DNA of 64,000 bases from Asterias rubens (Eukaryota): NCBI RefSeq assembly GCF_902459465.1, contig NC_047062.1, forward strand, positions 18,662,001 to 18,726,000. The letters are read 5' to 3'. The translations under genes and the position numbers were made by a program. The notes beneath the pieces were generated by a model. That model searched no databases, was not told the origin of the DNA, and saw nothing but the letters and a program-made list of their open reading frames with translations. This document shows, in pieces, positions 1 to 13,340 of this stretch (its first letter is position 1; the number at the start of each line of letters is the position of its first letter).

Positions 1-339
1 GTAGTCTAGATGCCCTTTTATAGAATGCACATCTCTAATGGCCTGCCTCCTAATCCAATTAATTCTAACGATATCCCATTCTTCCCTGAATCATCCCCTT
101 ATTTGGACTGATTTTGATTGATTTATGGGCCTTGAATTAATTCACACAACCCTTTGCAGTGGCGCTGGGTGGCTCTTGCTTTTGCTGTGGTGCCCTTTGC
201 AAAGTTCCATAGATTTACAAGTTCCCGTTCTTCCAAACTGCATCCCCTGATTTTGATTGATTATAGGCACCACCCTTTGCAGTGTGTCTCTTGGTGCCTT
301 TTGCTTTTGCCGTGGTGCCATTTACAATGTTCTACTTAA

Positions 340-724
340 AGACACTGAACACTATTGGTAATTGTTAAAGACCAGTCTTCTCACTTGGTGTATCTCAACA
401 AATGCACAAAAATAGCAAACCCGTGAAAATTTGAACTCAATTGGTCGTCAAAGTTGCGAGATAATGGAAGAAAAAACACCCTTGTCACTCCAAGTTGTGT
501 ACTTTCAGATGCTTGATTTTGGGACCTCAAAATCTAATTCCGAGGTCTCAAAATCAAATTCAAATATTTTACTGGAAAATTACTTCTTTCTCGAAAACTA
601 CGTTACTTCAGTGGGAGCCGTTTCTCACAATGTTTTATATTATCAACAGCTCTCCATTGCTTGTTACCAAGTAAGTTTTTTGCTAACAATTATTTTGAGT
701 AATTACCAATAGTGTCCAGTGCCT
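340..724. mobile_element. Kolobok-like non-autonomous element (TTAA-flanked MITE), family A
   Basis: TTAA|AGACACTGAACACTATTGGTAATT ... AATTACCAATAGTGTCCAGTGCCT|ATAA: about 24-bp TIR, purine-purine terminus, TTAA-type target. Related partial copies at about 770-968 (reverse) and 15049-15270. Confidence 0.75.
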
Positions 725-2913
725 ATAAGACCTTTCAAGGGGAAAATTTGCCGCGTCACTGAGAAAAGCTTCATGCGCAAAGCCTTTCTTAGGCATTTGA
801 AAGCGCACACTATGCAACAAGAGTGTTTTTTCTTTCATTATTTTCTGGACACTTTGATGACCAATTGAGCCAAAAGTTTCACAGGTAGGTTGTTTGATGC
901 ACATGTTGGGATACACCAAGTTAGGGTACTGATCTTTGACAATTACCATAAGTATACCCTGTCTTTAACTATACCATGTATACTTGTAACTCACAAAGGT
1001 TTTCAACTTGCTGATTTAGAGGCCACAATTTCTTCTCTGTGTTCATCAGATATAATTTACTAGAATAGAATGAAACAAACTAATAATAACATTATTAATA
1101 GTAATACAGGAGTCTTATAGCTACTCAAGGCTCTGGAGAAAAGAAAAATACTTTAAAGATATTTGTAACTAATTTGCACATTCCATATACTTTCACAACT
1201 GAATTTATGTTAACCGAATGTGAAATAAACAAATTTCAGTCACACTTACGATGTATTGAAAGCAATAGTGCAACACAAACTTGTTTATATAACATGATAT
1301 TTTACCAAAACCGATGTACTTTAACCCAACTTAATGTTTTCTCTACACTAAATGTACCCTCAAAAGATTATTCAGATTGTTAACCATGTGGTGTTTGAAA
1401 CTGGTTTTATATTGTACTCAATTTTATGCACTTCACTTTGAACTCAAAATCAAACCTTCTACTCTGCTCAGCCGAGTCAGAATTTGTGTGCATGACTTTT
1501 CTTCCTCTATTAAAACTAGGTTAAAATTTGTTAAGCCCCTGAAATCAAATTATTTAATTTATTTGTGTGTATGTATTACCGTTTATACTAGTTTTTTGGG
1601 GAAGAGGGCCAGCGGGGGGCTGTAAATGTATATTGAAGAGTAAGCACTGTTCCAGTGCAAATGTACACAGGTCAAGTCCACCAAGTTTGAAATTTATGTT
1701 AATTCACTTGCAAAGGACAGAAATATGTTTGGTCTTTTAAATTTTTGTTGGGTCCAGTGAAAGTTCCAAGCAGCAGGACCTATGGCCAAGTTTTTTTTTT
1801 TTTTTTTAAAGCTGGGATAATTTCTTAAACTAAAATCTTGTTTCATGTATTTGTATGTAATGCTTTAATAATGGATTAATCTTACAACTGTTTTTGAGAT
1901 GTGTTATCTGGATGAGTGTACTTTGACCTCCTCTGGATTTTTGAGAAAAAGCTTTTGCAGCACTTAGCATAGTGCATACCATACATGCCATATCGACTTG
2001 CTTTCTTATTTTTTGCATTCCATCTTTCATCATTCCAATCAAACGCTGAGATAAGATTAATGAAACCAAAATATCCTGGATTTTCTCTATTTCCATGTAT
2101 TTTTTCATCATTAAAAACAAATGCTAAGCAGAGAATTGTGAAACCAGAATGTTTTCTTTTTTTCTGTTTTTGCATTCTTCTGCCATCATTAAAAGCAAAT
2201 GCTGAGCACAGATTTGTCAAACCAAAATCTCTACACTGAGGTTTCTTCACCATCTTTTCATTTATAGCTCTGGAAAAGAAATCACAGTCTTCAACATTTT
2301 TTTCTGAGCAAGGGTTTATGTTAAGATCGTATCTCATTTTGTGGCAAATGTTATCATGTGTACACAAAAAAGCTAGTGTTACACATTTCATGTTATGCTG
2401 TTATGAAATTAGTGCGGCTTTGAGCTGGCTCAGCACAATAACAAAGGTTTTGCTTCAGGAAAGATTTGCGTCTAGTTGGGCCATGGTATGTTTATTTATC
2501 AAAAGGAACCTTCCAACCTTTAGCCCTTACCCAAGTGTCTTCAAGCTGACATTGTCTTCAAGACATCTTTGAACAGCAATTTACAAGATATGTTCATGCT
2601 TTGCTTATTCTCACCCAGTCTTTTCCTCTTCTTCGATTGTTCAAAAAGGTAAAAGAGGTCGGAGTCGTCAATTAAAACGTCTGTAAAACACCGTTGCTCT
2701 GTGCTTTTTGGTATGCATTAAACTCACTCAGTAGGCATCTATGGTGAGCTACCCACCCACTACCTCCAAACCCAAAACAGGTGTTTCAACACTCAACTCA
2801 ATCAGAGAATTTCATTGATTTTACTCTAACCACCCCATAACCCTTCTAAATCCATCCCCTGGTTTTACTTGATTCATCTTGCCTTATTCCTCCATCTGGT
2901 TTTGTCCCCTCAG

Positions 2914-5900
2914 TTCCTCTCCAGCACACAGTGAATGCGTCCAGAAGAAAAAGCAGATTATGGAGCAGATGGAATCCAAAACAGAAATAGGGCTGGAAAG
3001 GTCAGTGTCTTATTTCCAAATGTGTGCAATAAACACCACTTGTGTACAATAATGTTCATGTTTGGATTCCCTGCTGTGCTGGAGAACCTTCCATAAAATA
3101 CTACAATTTAAGTTGGTAGGTCACACATTTGGTTCCCATAAATTCAAAACTTGCTCGCAATAGTTAGAATTTTAGTTTGAAACGGCTAATTCTATGTTCT
3201 AATAAAAAACTATGCACCACTTTAAGAAAGACCAAATACGAGAACGCAAAACTTTAAAGAGTCAAGGCCCAGTGATGAAAGTCCTCGCCTTCAGCTCAGT
3301 CTATTATTGCACAGCTGCGACCCGCCAGTTTTAAACAGCCATTTAAGACCTCATCGCCTACTCTTTTATTCCCTTATTCATAAATACCTAAGACAGTTTA
3401 TCCATTCTGGTTGGTCGAGAGGGCATCACGTTGGGGTGTTATAACGGATGATATAACACCAGTAAAAAGTGTTGAAACATGGGCGTGACACACAAGCTTG
3501 CACCTTTGTTAAAAGACAGTTTCTTCATTCCTATTGGTTGAGAGGAACGGCTGGAACATTGTGCCACATCACGCGATACGTGCTACGCGCACAGCAATCT
3601 CCTTATAAGTAGTTGTTTACTCGAGGGCCTTACCATTTCATAGCTGTAGGGGTATTGTGTTGAAAGAAATCATTGATCAATTATAATTTTTGTACTTATT
3701 TTACATTTTGAACAACAAGTGTTGATGTTTTTTTACCAAAAAATGTAATTATGAATGGGAATCAAAGCGTGTTGAATCGGTTTTCAATTAGTGGTTTAAA
3801 CCCGCCGAGGCCTGGTTCTTAATAATTTACCTCGACTTCGTCTAGGTAAAATTATCAAAGAACCAGGCCTCGATGGGTTTAAACCACTTGTTGAAAACCT
3901 CTTCACCACACATTGATTCCCTTATTTAAAAACACCTGACTAAATTTGTGGAATATTATAATTGCAGGACATTGTCTACAATTTGTGGTTGGATCAAATA
4001 TTTATTGGACAAAGAGCAGAAGAAATCGGACTTCAGACCAGAGTCAGAGGAAGGCCCGATGGAGCTGTACTCTACTGTGAGTATCTAGTCATTCTAGTTA
4101 AGATATGGTGTGAGTTTGTTTACTTTAACCCTCTTACTATCAACATGTTTCTCAAGACATCCAACCCACTGCTCACTATGCCACAACAGTGGCATTTTGG
4201 GGCACATACTGTGGCTGTTTGGGGTACATTCAAGCTGATGGAGAGAGTAGAGTCATAGCCCACGATGCTTCAATGTGTGTGGTAAACTAGAGAAGCCACC
4301 AGCTGTGCTCAGTTGCAATGTAACTTTTGCCACTCATGGAAGAGATAAGATTCTCATCCTTGATGAATTTCTGCAGTGGCAATCTGTGACAATGATAAAG
4401 TGTGGCATGAGTTACTTCACAATAATGCCATAGCATATGGAAGGTTTTGAGGTATTTTGGAATATGCATTTGCAACTTTCTGCACAAGAATGTGCATCTT
4501 ATTAAAGTAAACTTGGGGTGTGCTGCAATGAGTTTTTAAAATTTCATTACATCCTTGATGCTTGATGCTTGATGAATACACACCTAGAAAGCTAAATGCT
4601 TGTCCAAGGTATGGTATAGACTTTTATCATGCTGTCGCCATCTTGGATATGTTCCCTGTTTCCATTAATAGTAATGAATGCTTATTTTATCCAGCCTCAG
4701 TTTGGTTACAATGAGTTGGAATGTAGTCAAATCAAGATGACCACGCTGTGAAAAAGTCTATAGGCGTGCTCGTGTTGGCAGCCTTGAAACCTTGAATTTT
4801 ACAGAATATCCTCATAAAGCTGGTGATGGGTGGCATCCTAACACCCTTCTGCAAGAAAAATTCTTTTGACAAAAATGTATGTGATAATGTTATCTTCCTC
4901 AACCCACTTCTGTTTCAGGCATGTGCTAAGGTGATCCCATTCATTGAGAAGCAAGTTGAGAACATTAAACGTTGTCTGGATGGCAAGAATGTGACAGCAG
5001 TGCTGATGGAGTTTGGCATCAGGTTTCACCGTGTAATCTTTGATCATCTTCAACAGTATACATACAACTCATTAGGTTAGTGTAAGGCCGTAACTGAATT
5101 AGTGGATACAGCTACGTCTTTGACTATTGCTAACGGTGTTGTTAAGGTTGTCCATACTTTGGCGCATGATGGCGTGGTGATCGAGCTTAAGCCAAAGCTG
5201 TAGCCGCCAATTTGAACACAGCCTAAGACCCATCTCCATGATCTGGGGCGGTATTCACGAAACTACTTAAGTCACAACATAATAAGCACCCCACTTAAAT
5301 TCCCAACTTAGACGATTCTCACCGACTAAGTGGTATTCACAAACCGTTTGCGCTAAGTGCCCCGCTTACTTTCGCGTCTTAAATCTAAGTGTGGTCCGAG
5401 CTGACTTAAGCGGGGCACTAGGGTGTCATGGCCGCTTTTTTGCTTGTTTTGCGTGTCGCGAACCGCCCAAATTTTAACGATAAAATTCATCGTAGAGCGA
5501 TAGTATTTCGTTTAAGGAGTAATCCAATAGCAGTATTCACCGACGGTGAACTTTACTCACGATATAGGCTGGATAGAAACGGTGTTTTATTTATTACTAA
5601 GCTAATAAGAGAGAAAATCGACCCACCGACTGAACGATCCTGCGCTATTCATGTGTAAATCAATGCAATTGCACTACACTACAGTTCTATGCATGTAGAA
5701 CATTCCAACGTGGAGAGATACGATAAAGATTTCTCAATCATCTGTGTCAAGAATCATCAATATTGTTTCAGCAAGCTCATGCCGAAGGGTTGCTGATTTT
5801 ACAAGATGGCCAAGAAATAATATACAGCACACAGGTGAGCGTTTTACTTTTTCCAAAAGTAAATTTTGGCTATAAAAAAACGATCAATGTTCGTTTTATA

Positions 5901-8900
5901 TTATTTTTTATTCGGCAAGCAAATAATGTCACAAGAACTTCCATTAAACATCACAGAACAACTCAAAGCATTGTCGAGAGAAGCATCGGTCAGTGGAAAC
6001 GACGGTTCCATTGCTTATATATACAAGGTGAAACCAGGCTTTCTCCAGAACGGACCTGCCGGTTATCGTAGCGTGTGCAGTCAGTCCTTCCTTTTTACCC
6101 AAACTTGGCAAAACAACGAGGGTCCTTCGTGATGTAGAATTTGAGGATGACCTTGCAATGGAACGGCAAATTCCCCAACCGGAACAATCACCACAACAAA
6201 ACGGCAACATCGTCAGGAACTATGTGGTTCACACTTATTTCCAGTAAGTTCAAGTCCAAGTGTTCAAGAAAAATGAGAAGTGCACTTTACAATTTTGATT
6301 AAAGACATGACTTGTTTATGATTACACGTCCTCCATTGCTTTATGACACAACAGAATACTACTCTGAGTTGTTTGTTCACACACGCACTCAGATGGATAC
6401 ATTAATTGTATTACATTTCATAAAACTATTTTCATTATGAAACAATCTTCATAAATCAATATTAACTAGGTCAGTTCGTGAAGAAGTGAGTCGCAGGACG
6501 GCATTGCATGCAAGTCACATACCAAGCTGGGTGAGTTTATGTTGTTGGGGGGGGGGGGCATAATGAATTTATTTATATATAAAACAAATCATAGTAAAAT
6601 AATGGTGTTCACACGACGCATTTTCTCATTTTTGTAAAACTTTAAAAAAAAAATCAAAACACATAGCGCATCAGCATGCTTAATGATTTATAACAATAAA
6701 TAACAAACTATTTTAGTTTTTAGATCCAGTTTGCAACTTCCCGTATTCTTCATCATTGACCTCTTCTGTTATTGCTCTCTTTCTAGACCCCGTCATTGAA
6801 TGCTCTGTTGTTGGCTCTCACAGTCTCAGATGAAGGGGTTGCCGGTGTTGAACTGCTTTCCACAACATAATTGTTTTTAATTGAGCAGTTATCGCTATTT
6901 AAGTGTAGTATTAAGCTAATTTATTTTAAATTAATGTTATTATAAATGCACAAATACAACTAACTAATTTTGACTCGAATCATCGCTTTTTCTCGACATA
7001 GTCCCACTGTTTCAATGGAGCAGGAAGTATCCTGCGTACACCGATGATAAAATTCAACATATTGTAAGGTTAAAATATCCTGTGGAATTATTACTTCTGA
7101 TGAATATTATAAACCCAGTACTCATTAGGTCCTGCGGCATTGGCTGTAGCCACTGACTTTTTTAATAATGTCCAAACATGGCAAGCTGTTTTATTTTGTT
7201 ATTAATATTATGATGCAGACAAATATTGAATTTTTCATACCAGTTTTCACCGATTTCTTTCCCTTTCTTGAGACTTTTCCCTTTAATGATTAGGCTATAA
7301 TTTATATCAAATATACCTATTTATTATCTTACCTAAATGGCTTGCTTACTTCCCATAAGTTCATTATTTTATTTATCAAATGATTGATTGATTGGTGGAC
7401 GAATTTGACTCGTTAATTTTGCTGTATACAGTACAACCCTTTAGAACAATAAAACGATGTAGTATTTCATTCACATTTTTACCTGATTCCTTTCGATATT
7501 GCGTGGCTTCCTCCCATTTTTTGCCAAACCAATTTTGCCAATATTTATTTTGTTAAATCGCGCGCGTCTAACATTTTTGTCAAGTGTTAAACGTATTTCT
7601 TTTCTATCATTTTATGCACGTGTAATTTCATATTAAGAGTGGGACGCGCGCGTTGATAAGTGAGACCAACGCACACAAAAAAGGAGAGGAAAAAAAAACA
7701 TGATTAATTTATTTAATAACATCCACTCCCGTCATTCTGTGGCACCGACGGTAGCGAAAAGTATTCAACTATTCTCGTCTCGGGGTAATGATAATTGATT
7801 GCCTCTGAATCACCATAGTAACCATTGATGACGTATGTTTTGTGCGCATGTGCACTAACTTGATCTCAACAACTTAATTTTTTTAGATTTAAGTGGGGTA
7901 CTAAGATAAGTGGGGTACTTAGATGTTTTGTGAATAGCTACTTAAGCGCCCCACTTAAGTTAGCGGGGTGCTTTAGACTAAAGTGAAAACTTAAGTACTC
8001 CACTAAGTTAAGCTTCGTGAATACCGCCCCTGGCCCTAAATGTATTGAGCTGCTTAAACAGAAAAAGATTGCTTCAATTTGCTGCTTAGCAAAAGCATAA
8101 GGAGGATACAATTCATAGGTTGTACATCTTACATGGCATTTTGGCTGGTGACCACTTTTCTGGTCTCCAAAATTGTCTGTGCTGCGCTGCATTTTGTGGT
8201 AAAGTAGCTCTATGATATTGATCCTAGGTTAATGAGCATATATGAAATGGGAAATCAGCCAAGACTTCTCATTCTTAACTTCACTGGTGAGGAGTGAGTC
8301 GTGAATTGGTCTCAACGTTTCTGAAGAGTGTTGGAGATGCTGGTCTCTTTAAAGGGATTCAGAGTTTTCAGTGTTGAGTCAGCACTGCTCAGATACAAAT
8401 CTCTTCTGATACCGATCCCTCTTCAGTAATTTGTATTGCTGGTGAAAACGTTTAAAAACTAACATCCCCAGTATACTCAAGGTTCTTTGTTTTGTTTGTT
8501 TGTTTAGATGGAAACTCGGCAAACTCCCAAAAATATAACCACCAGCTGGCAAAAACCAATCTTTCTCATACAAATATTTGAAACACCACGTCTATGACTA
8601 TGAATTGCACAGATCAAGAAACTGTAATTCAGTAACGAGACAACAATACTTGTTCTATAGTCATTGTGAAATAAGCAGTTAGCTTCGTAGGATTCGAACC
8701 CACCACCGTGTGATTGCAAGTCCTTATCGCTATGCTCTTGTTTATCTTGTGATCTTCTTTTCATGACCATTGTTGTTTTTACTGCTTGATCTTGTATTGC
8801 AGGTGCAATGTTGGTGATTTGTGACGTGAATGAATACCGCCGTCTTGTTAAATCCTTCAAAGTTCCGATGGTGAATTCGCTATTTGAGAAACTCCATGCA

Positions 8901-9538
8901 CTATGCAATCTCCTTGTAGTAGTGCCTGAGAACATCAAGTCTGTCATTACAGGAGAACAACTGGTAAGACTGCTAACTTGTCTAATACTAGCATATATAA
9001 TCCATTATAGGTTTGCCAAAACTTTATTTTATTTTGGTGGGACAGCCGTCGCCATGAAGATTATTCTATACCCTTTGTTTTGTGCTGTATGTTCAGAAAT
9101 AAGTCTGGAAAATTACCCAGTATGTCTGCTGCAACCTATAAATTTCAAAATCTTTTGTCTAATTTTAAGAAACTTAAATTATTTGTCTTTTATCCAAACT
9201 TTTGTTACATAAATGCAAAATGAACCGTTCACTCATTCAATTGCAAAATATCATCAGCAAACAACTATTAACGCTTTATGCAATTTCATTGTTGTGCTTG
9301 TTTTAATTTATGAAAGGAAGAAAGTTTTAGAGGGAAATGTTCTTACACAAGCCAGTCTTACTCGGGGTTTTGCCATCAGTTTTCTTGCAATGTTGCAGAA
9401 CAAAATGTGTACACCAAGGCTAAGTAGCAATATTTGAATTTCCTTTTCTAGGGTGGCCTGGACAAGAACACCCCTATGTCATTTGTTCAGCTCAGAGCAG
9501 ACTTCAAAGCAGCCAAGATTGCCCAGCAGCTCAGGTAG
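2914..9538 (+). CDS. EXOC5: Exocyst complex component 5 (Sec10), last five coding exons; 5' part lies upstream of the window
   Basis: Exons 2914-3000, 3968-4076, 4919-5075, 8803-8963, 9452-9538 (TAG), all AG/GT bounded and in phase. They translate SSPAHSECVQKKKQIMEQMESKTEIGLER-TLSTICGWIKYLLDKEQKKSDFRPE...-ACAKVIPFIEKQVENIKRCLDGKNVTAVLMEFGIRFHRVIFDHLQQYTYNSLG-AMLVICDVNEYRRLVKSFKVPMVNSLFEKLHALCNLLVVVPENIKSVITGEQL-GGLDKNTPMSFVQLRADFKAAKIAQQLR*. This matches the remembered EXOC5 C-terminus (EQKKTDFKP, MDGKNV, LHALCNLLVV, FVQLRADY). Confidence 0.96.
3368..3927. mobile_element. Interspersed repeat with a ~120-bp terminal hairpin (Crypton-like non-autonomous element, inferred), copy 1
   Basis: About 550 bp closely similar to 29369-29899. 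Imperfect palindrome at 3779-3899 around the loop CGACTTCGTCT. ATTCCCTTATT occurs at both ends; no TIR/TSD pair. Confidence 0.6.
5246..8029 (+). mobile_element. PIF/Harbinger DNA transposon, internally deleted and decayed, in an EXOC5 intron
   Basis: Perfect 16-bp TIR GGGCGGTATTCACGAA (5246-5261 / 8014-8029) with a 3-bp CTG target duplication (5243-5245, 8030-8032), and many CTTAAG/CTAAGT subterminal repeats. HARBI1-like transposase remnants at 5428-6248: LYSRYRLDR, LQFYA, SQSSVSRII, IVERSIGQWKRRFHCL, RLSPERTC. Confidence 0.93.
6720..7610 (-). pseudogene. Probable decayed second (Myb/SANT-like) ORF of the Harbinger element
   Basis: Convergent to the transposase inside the TIRs, with donor-like sites on the minus strand (CAG|GTAAAA near 7483, TAG|GTAAGA near 7332) and short coding-like pieces broken by stops. 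The call rests mainly on the known two-gene layout of Harbingers. Confidence 0.3.
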
Positions 9539-12109
9539 CAAGCTCAGTACATCATCTCTTACCCTGAGATACTCGCCTCTATTCATCCAATAGACACCTT
9601 GCGTAATGCGAAATGCTACAATGACGCTGAGGTCACACCCACGTGTTTATGCACAAAGAACAGCTATCGTTCAATGATTTGCCTCCTTTGGCTTCAGTGG
9701 GGGTGCTTTTCCATATCAGCTTGTGAAATTTTTTTTTAAACTCTGGATTCTTAGAACAATTTTGTGTACATACCTTTTAAGCATATCTTGTCAATGGATT
9801 ATTGCAGATTTCTTGCCCAACGAAGAAGATTTGTAATGAAATGTAATTTATGTTGAATAAGTATAGAGATCCATGTACATATAATAGTAATATTGTAAAT
9901 AATTCTAATCAGATTGCATTATCTGAAAAATCAATTGTAAAAGCATAGTATGAATTGTATAATTTGTATTGTTTCATTTTATTTATGAATTTATTTTGTA
10001 TTTTTATTAATATTGTTGTTTACCCTGACTTACTCCAGTTATTCAGTCCTTTATCTCCACAACATGATATCGTATGTTTTTAATATCTCCTAGGATTAGT
10101 CCTACGTTAGGACTAGTCCTAACTTTTTGTGAAATCGACCCCTTGACTTACAGAATAACCTTTTAATGCTCTATATTTTATAAAAGCACCTGTATGAACA
10201 GAGTTATACTTCACAAAGCCCTAAGATTCATCTTAAGTTGAGTTGTCAGTATCATTACTAGGTACATGTGTTAGTATCACCATAATGATTTGTATTTTGA
10301 TTTCACGCTTTTTAATAGCAGTTAAGATTGATTTGCAGTTAAGATCAACATTAGCTCTTTTTGAAATCGACCCCAATCTTATGGGTATTTAAGCACTGGG
10401 ACCTGTTAACCTGTGGAGAAGGGGAGCTGTATCTGTAATGAAGCTGCAGCAAGGAAACAAGTTTATTTTGACCATAACAAAATCAATAACCATTGTTACC
10501 CCCTCAAAATGCCTTTTGAAGGAGAAATACAACTAAAAGCGGAAAGACATACCGACCGGTAGTATTGCTACCACTCATGCTTGGACTCATAATACAGAGG
10601 TGCCCCCTCAAAAGTTTCCCATATACTTTAGGATTTCTCAACGGGAGTGCCCTTTGCAAAATAAAAATGGCCCTGCCCCTCAATGGATTGACTGTTTATT
10701 AAAAATGTGCAACAAAATAGAAAAATATACACCATTCTCTTGATTTATCATTTGTTTACAATTTCAAATAAAAGAATATACAATCATGGAACTTGGAAGT
10801 GTTTTTTCTTTCTTTCACACACCCATTACTACGCCTACTACTCGGTAAAAGTTTAACACTTGCTTGGATGAGTAAAATGATCTGCTGTTACTGTTTAGGG
10901 GGAAGTTGCGATTCTGATGCCTACTTGTTATAAAAAAGAAAAACTTTACCCTTTTGGCCATATTGATTCAAAGTTTAGTCTCCGTTTACACCATTCTTTT
11001 ATGCCTGATTTTGAAAAGCCACTTGATTTGTTACACAAATCAACGGAATCCAGCTACAGCTACAGTAGGGTTGCTCTCTCATAAAATTCTCTAATGAAAT
11101 ATTGTCTCATTAGTCCTCTTACAACAAAAATTCAATATAATTGGCCAAAAGGCCATGTGTATAGGCCTACGGTAAACGAAACACATCAGTTATGAAACCT
11201 ACAACCAAGCAGGCCTTTTTATGCACGTGGTTAACTTTGAATCCGCAAACAGGAGGCTCACGGTGTGTTGAAAATAGAGCTACTCTTTCCGCCTATAAGG
11301 CCATTTTATATTTCTATTTTTTACATTTCTGTATGTTCTATTTACGCAGTATTTTGTACAATGTATCTTTATATATGCCTAGATTATATTTGTTTAAAGC
11401 GAAACGAAAAGAAACATTATTAATGTGATGCTTTACTTTTGAAAGTCTTCCTTTGCCGCCTTCACACTTTCATTTCATTTGTCGCCGGTTCCCTACGAAA
11501 ATGCCAAATAAATCATAACAAACACCTTTTATACATCGCCCTAAGTTTTCGGGTACCAGTGATATTTTTTAAAAAGACTGGTGTGCGGTAGTAGCACAAA
11601 ATACCACTATCAATAACGCCTGTGCATGTGGACATCAGGTATGGGTGATGTTTAACTTCTGCAAGGTTTGAGTTGCCAATAATTTATTTTATACTAGACA
11701 CAATTGGTTTTTTCTTATGTGTAACCCTTAGCAAGTGGCACTTGGAGGTGTTGAAACAGGGCTGCCAATCAGTTTCCCATCTGTTGAGAGTGTTGATGTC
11801 ATTTTGGAGTGTAATCGAGTCCATAGGTGAGGTAATGTTGCTTGTTGTTGGTTAAAATTAATTAAACTTTAAAGGTTCTATGTACTTTTTGTTCGCTTTC
11901 TACTACCAATCTTCAAACGGAGTAAAGTTTAATGAATGTGAATTTGTGGACATTGTGTTTTGTGTTACAAAAGGTACCCAAATCCTTTTAAAGGGTTGAA
12001 TATAATGTAATCCTACTTCTAGAACTATTGTATGAAATTCGTTCCACTGTCGTCTCGACGTGGTACTTTTGGTACTTGGTGGTTATCCTCCTGGAACTTC
12101 AGCTGGGGA

Positions 12110-12655
12110 ACTTGACAATTCCCGTCTGGAATCCATACACCCAGAAAGACATAACCAAAATTGAAGCCACTCAATGACGTGCTGCCAGGTTCGTTCTGCA
12201 GCTGTACCACCGCACTGAAAGCGTGTCGGCTATGTTGAACACCTTGGAATGGGACACCTTAGAAAGGCGACGCCAGGCAGCCAGCCTCACCCTCCTCTAC
12301 AAAATCCAGAACCAAACTATTGCAGTCAATCCAGACCTTTACCTCAACCCAGCAATGTAATACTAGATCATTCCACCCAAACATATATCAGATCATCCCA
12401 GGTAGAATACAGTCATTCTCGAACTCATTTTTCCCAAGAACTGTCATCTGGTGGAACTCACTCCCCGGCAATATCATCACCTCCCCTTCAGTTGAGGTTT
12501 TCAGGGGAGTGGTGACTGCTCCCCTATAAGCAGCAATGAGTCTTTTTTACTTGCACCATGTACAAACGCACCCCTGCACCGCTCATGGACAAATAGTCCC
12601 TCGGCTTTACGTCCTGTCTTATGGACCCTACCGAGTATACAAGTAGAAGTAGAAA
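12110..12655 (+). mobile_element. 5'-truncated CR1/L2-group LINE (ORF2 C-terminus and tail)
   Basis: VWNPYTQKDITKIEATQ*RAARFVL...SVSAMLNTLEWDTLERRRQAASLTLLYKIQN, then SFFPRTVIWWNSLP; ends in a short AAGTAG repeat tail. Confidence 0.85.
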
Positions 12656-12944
12656 GGAGGTCAGGAGAGCGTCGTCTAATTTGTTTTGTTGTTGTTTAGG
12701 CCTAGCTAGATTGTGAATGTAATTACTTTTGAAGATTTGGTGGGATTTGGAATCTATATATGAGGGATTTTTGGAGATTATTCCATAATTTCTCAGTGTT
12801 CTTTGAAAAAAAGATTGTTCGTAGATAGTAGATGAGATGCTGGGTATTTTGAACTGATTGTCTTTGCCCTTTCTTGCCCTCTGCGGTTTCGATTCTAAAA
12901 TGTGGCTGTGGTCGGCTTTGATTACATGTGACGATAGACGAGGT

Positions 12945-13040
12945 GTCAGGACACTTCGTACTTTTGCCACTTCGTACCCTGGACACTTCGTACCTTTGCA
13001 AGGTACGAAGTGACTATGGACACTTCGTACCTTGGACACT
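12945..13040. repeat. Cluster of GGACACTTCGTACC repeats, probably a DNA-transposon subterminal array
   Basis: Four direct copies of ACTTCGTAC plus one inverted copy (GGTACGAAGTG). Confidence 0.5.
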
Positions 13041-13340
13041 CTTTGGATTGGACAAAAATGTGTTCGTGGACTTGTCGTAAACGGGCCAAAACTCGACCAA
13101 CATGACTCAGATTTTCAATTACTTTGCGCCTTCAGGACGTCCCTCTAATCTTAGTTAGGTTATATATTTTATTTACCTGGTCCCTTTTGTAAATATTTTG
13201 CCATGAGTAACATAGTGAAATCACATGTTTGATAAAATAGCCACAGTTGTTTTGCTTACAGGCTTTATAAAATTAGGTTCAGTTCTGAAATATTTTTCAT
13301 TTCTCTTCATATCCAGATCCACGCAGATAATCGTCATTCT

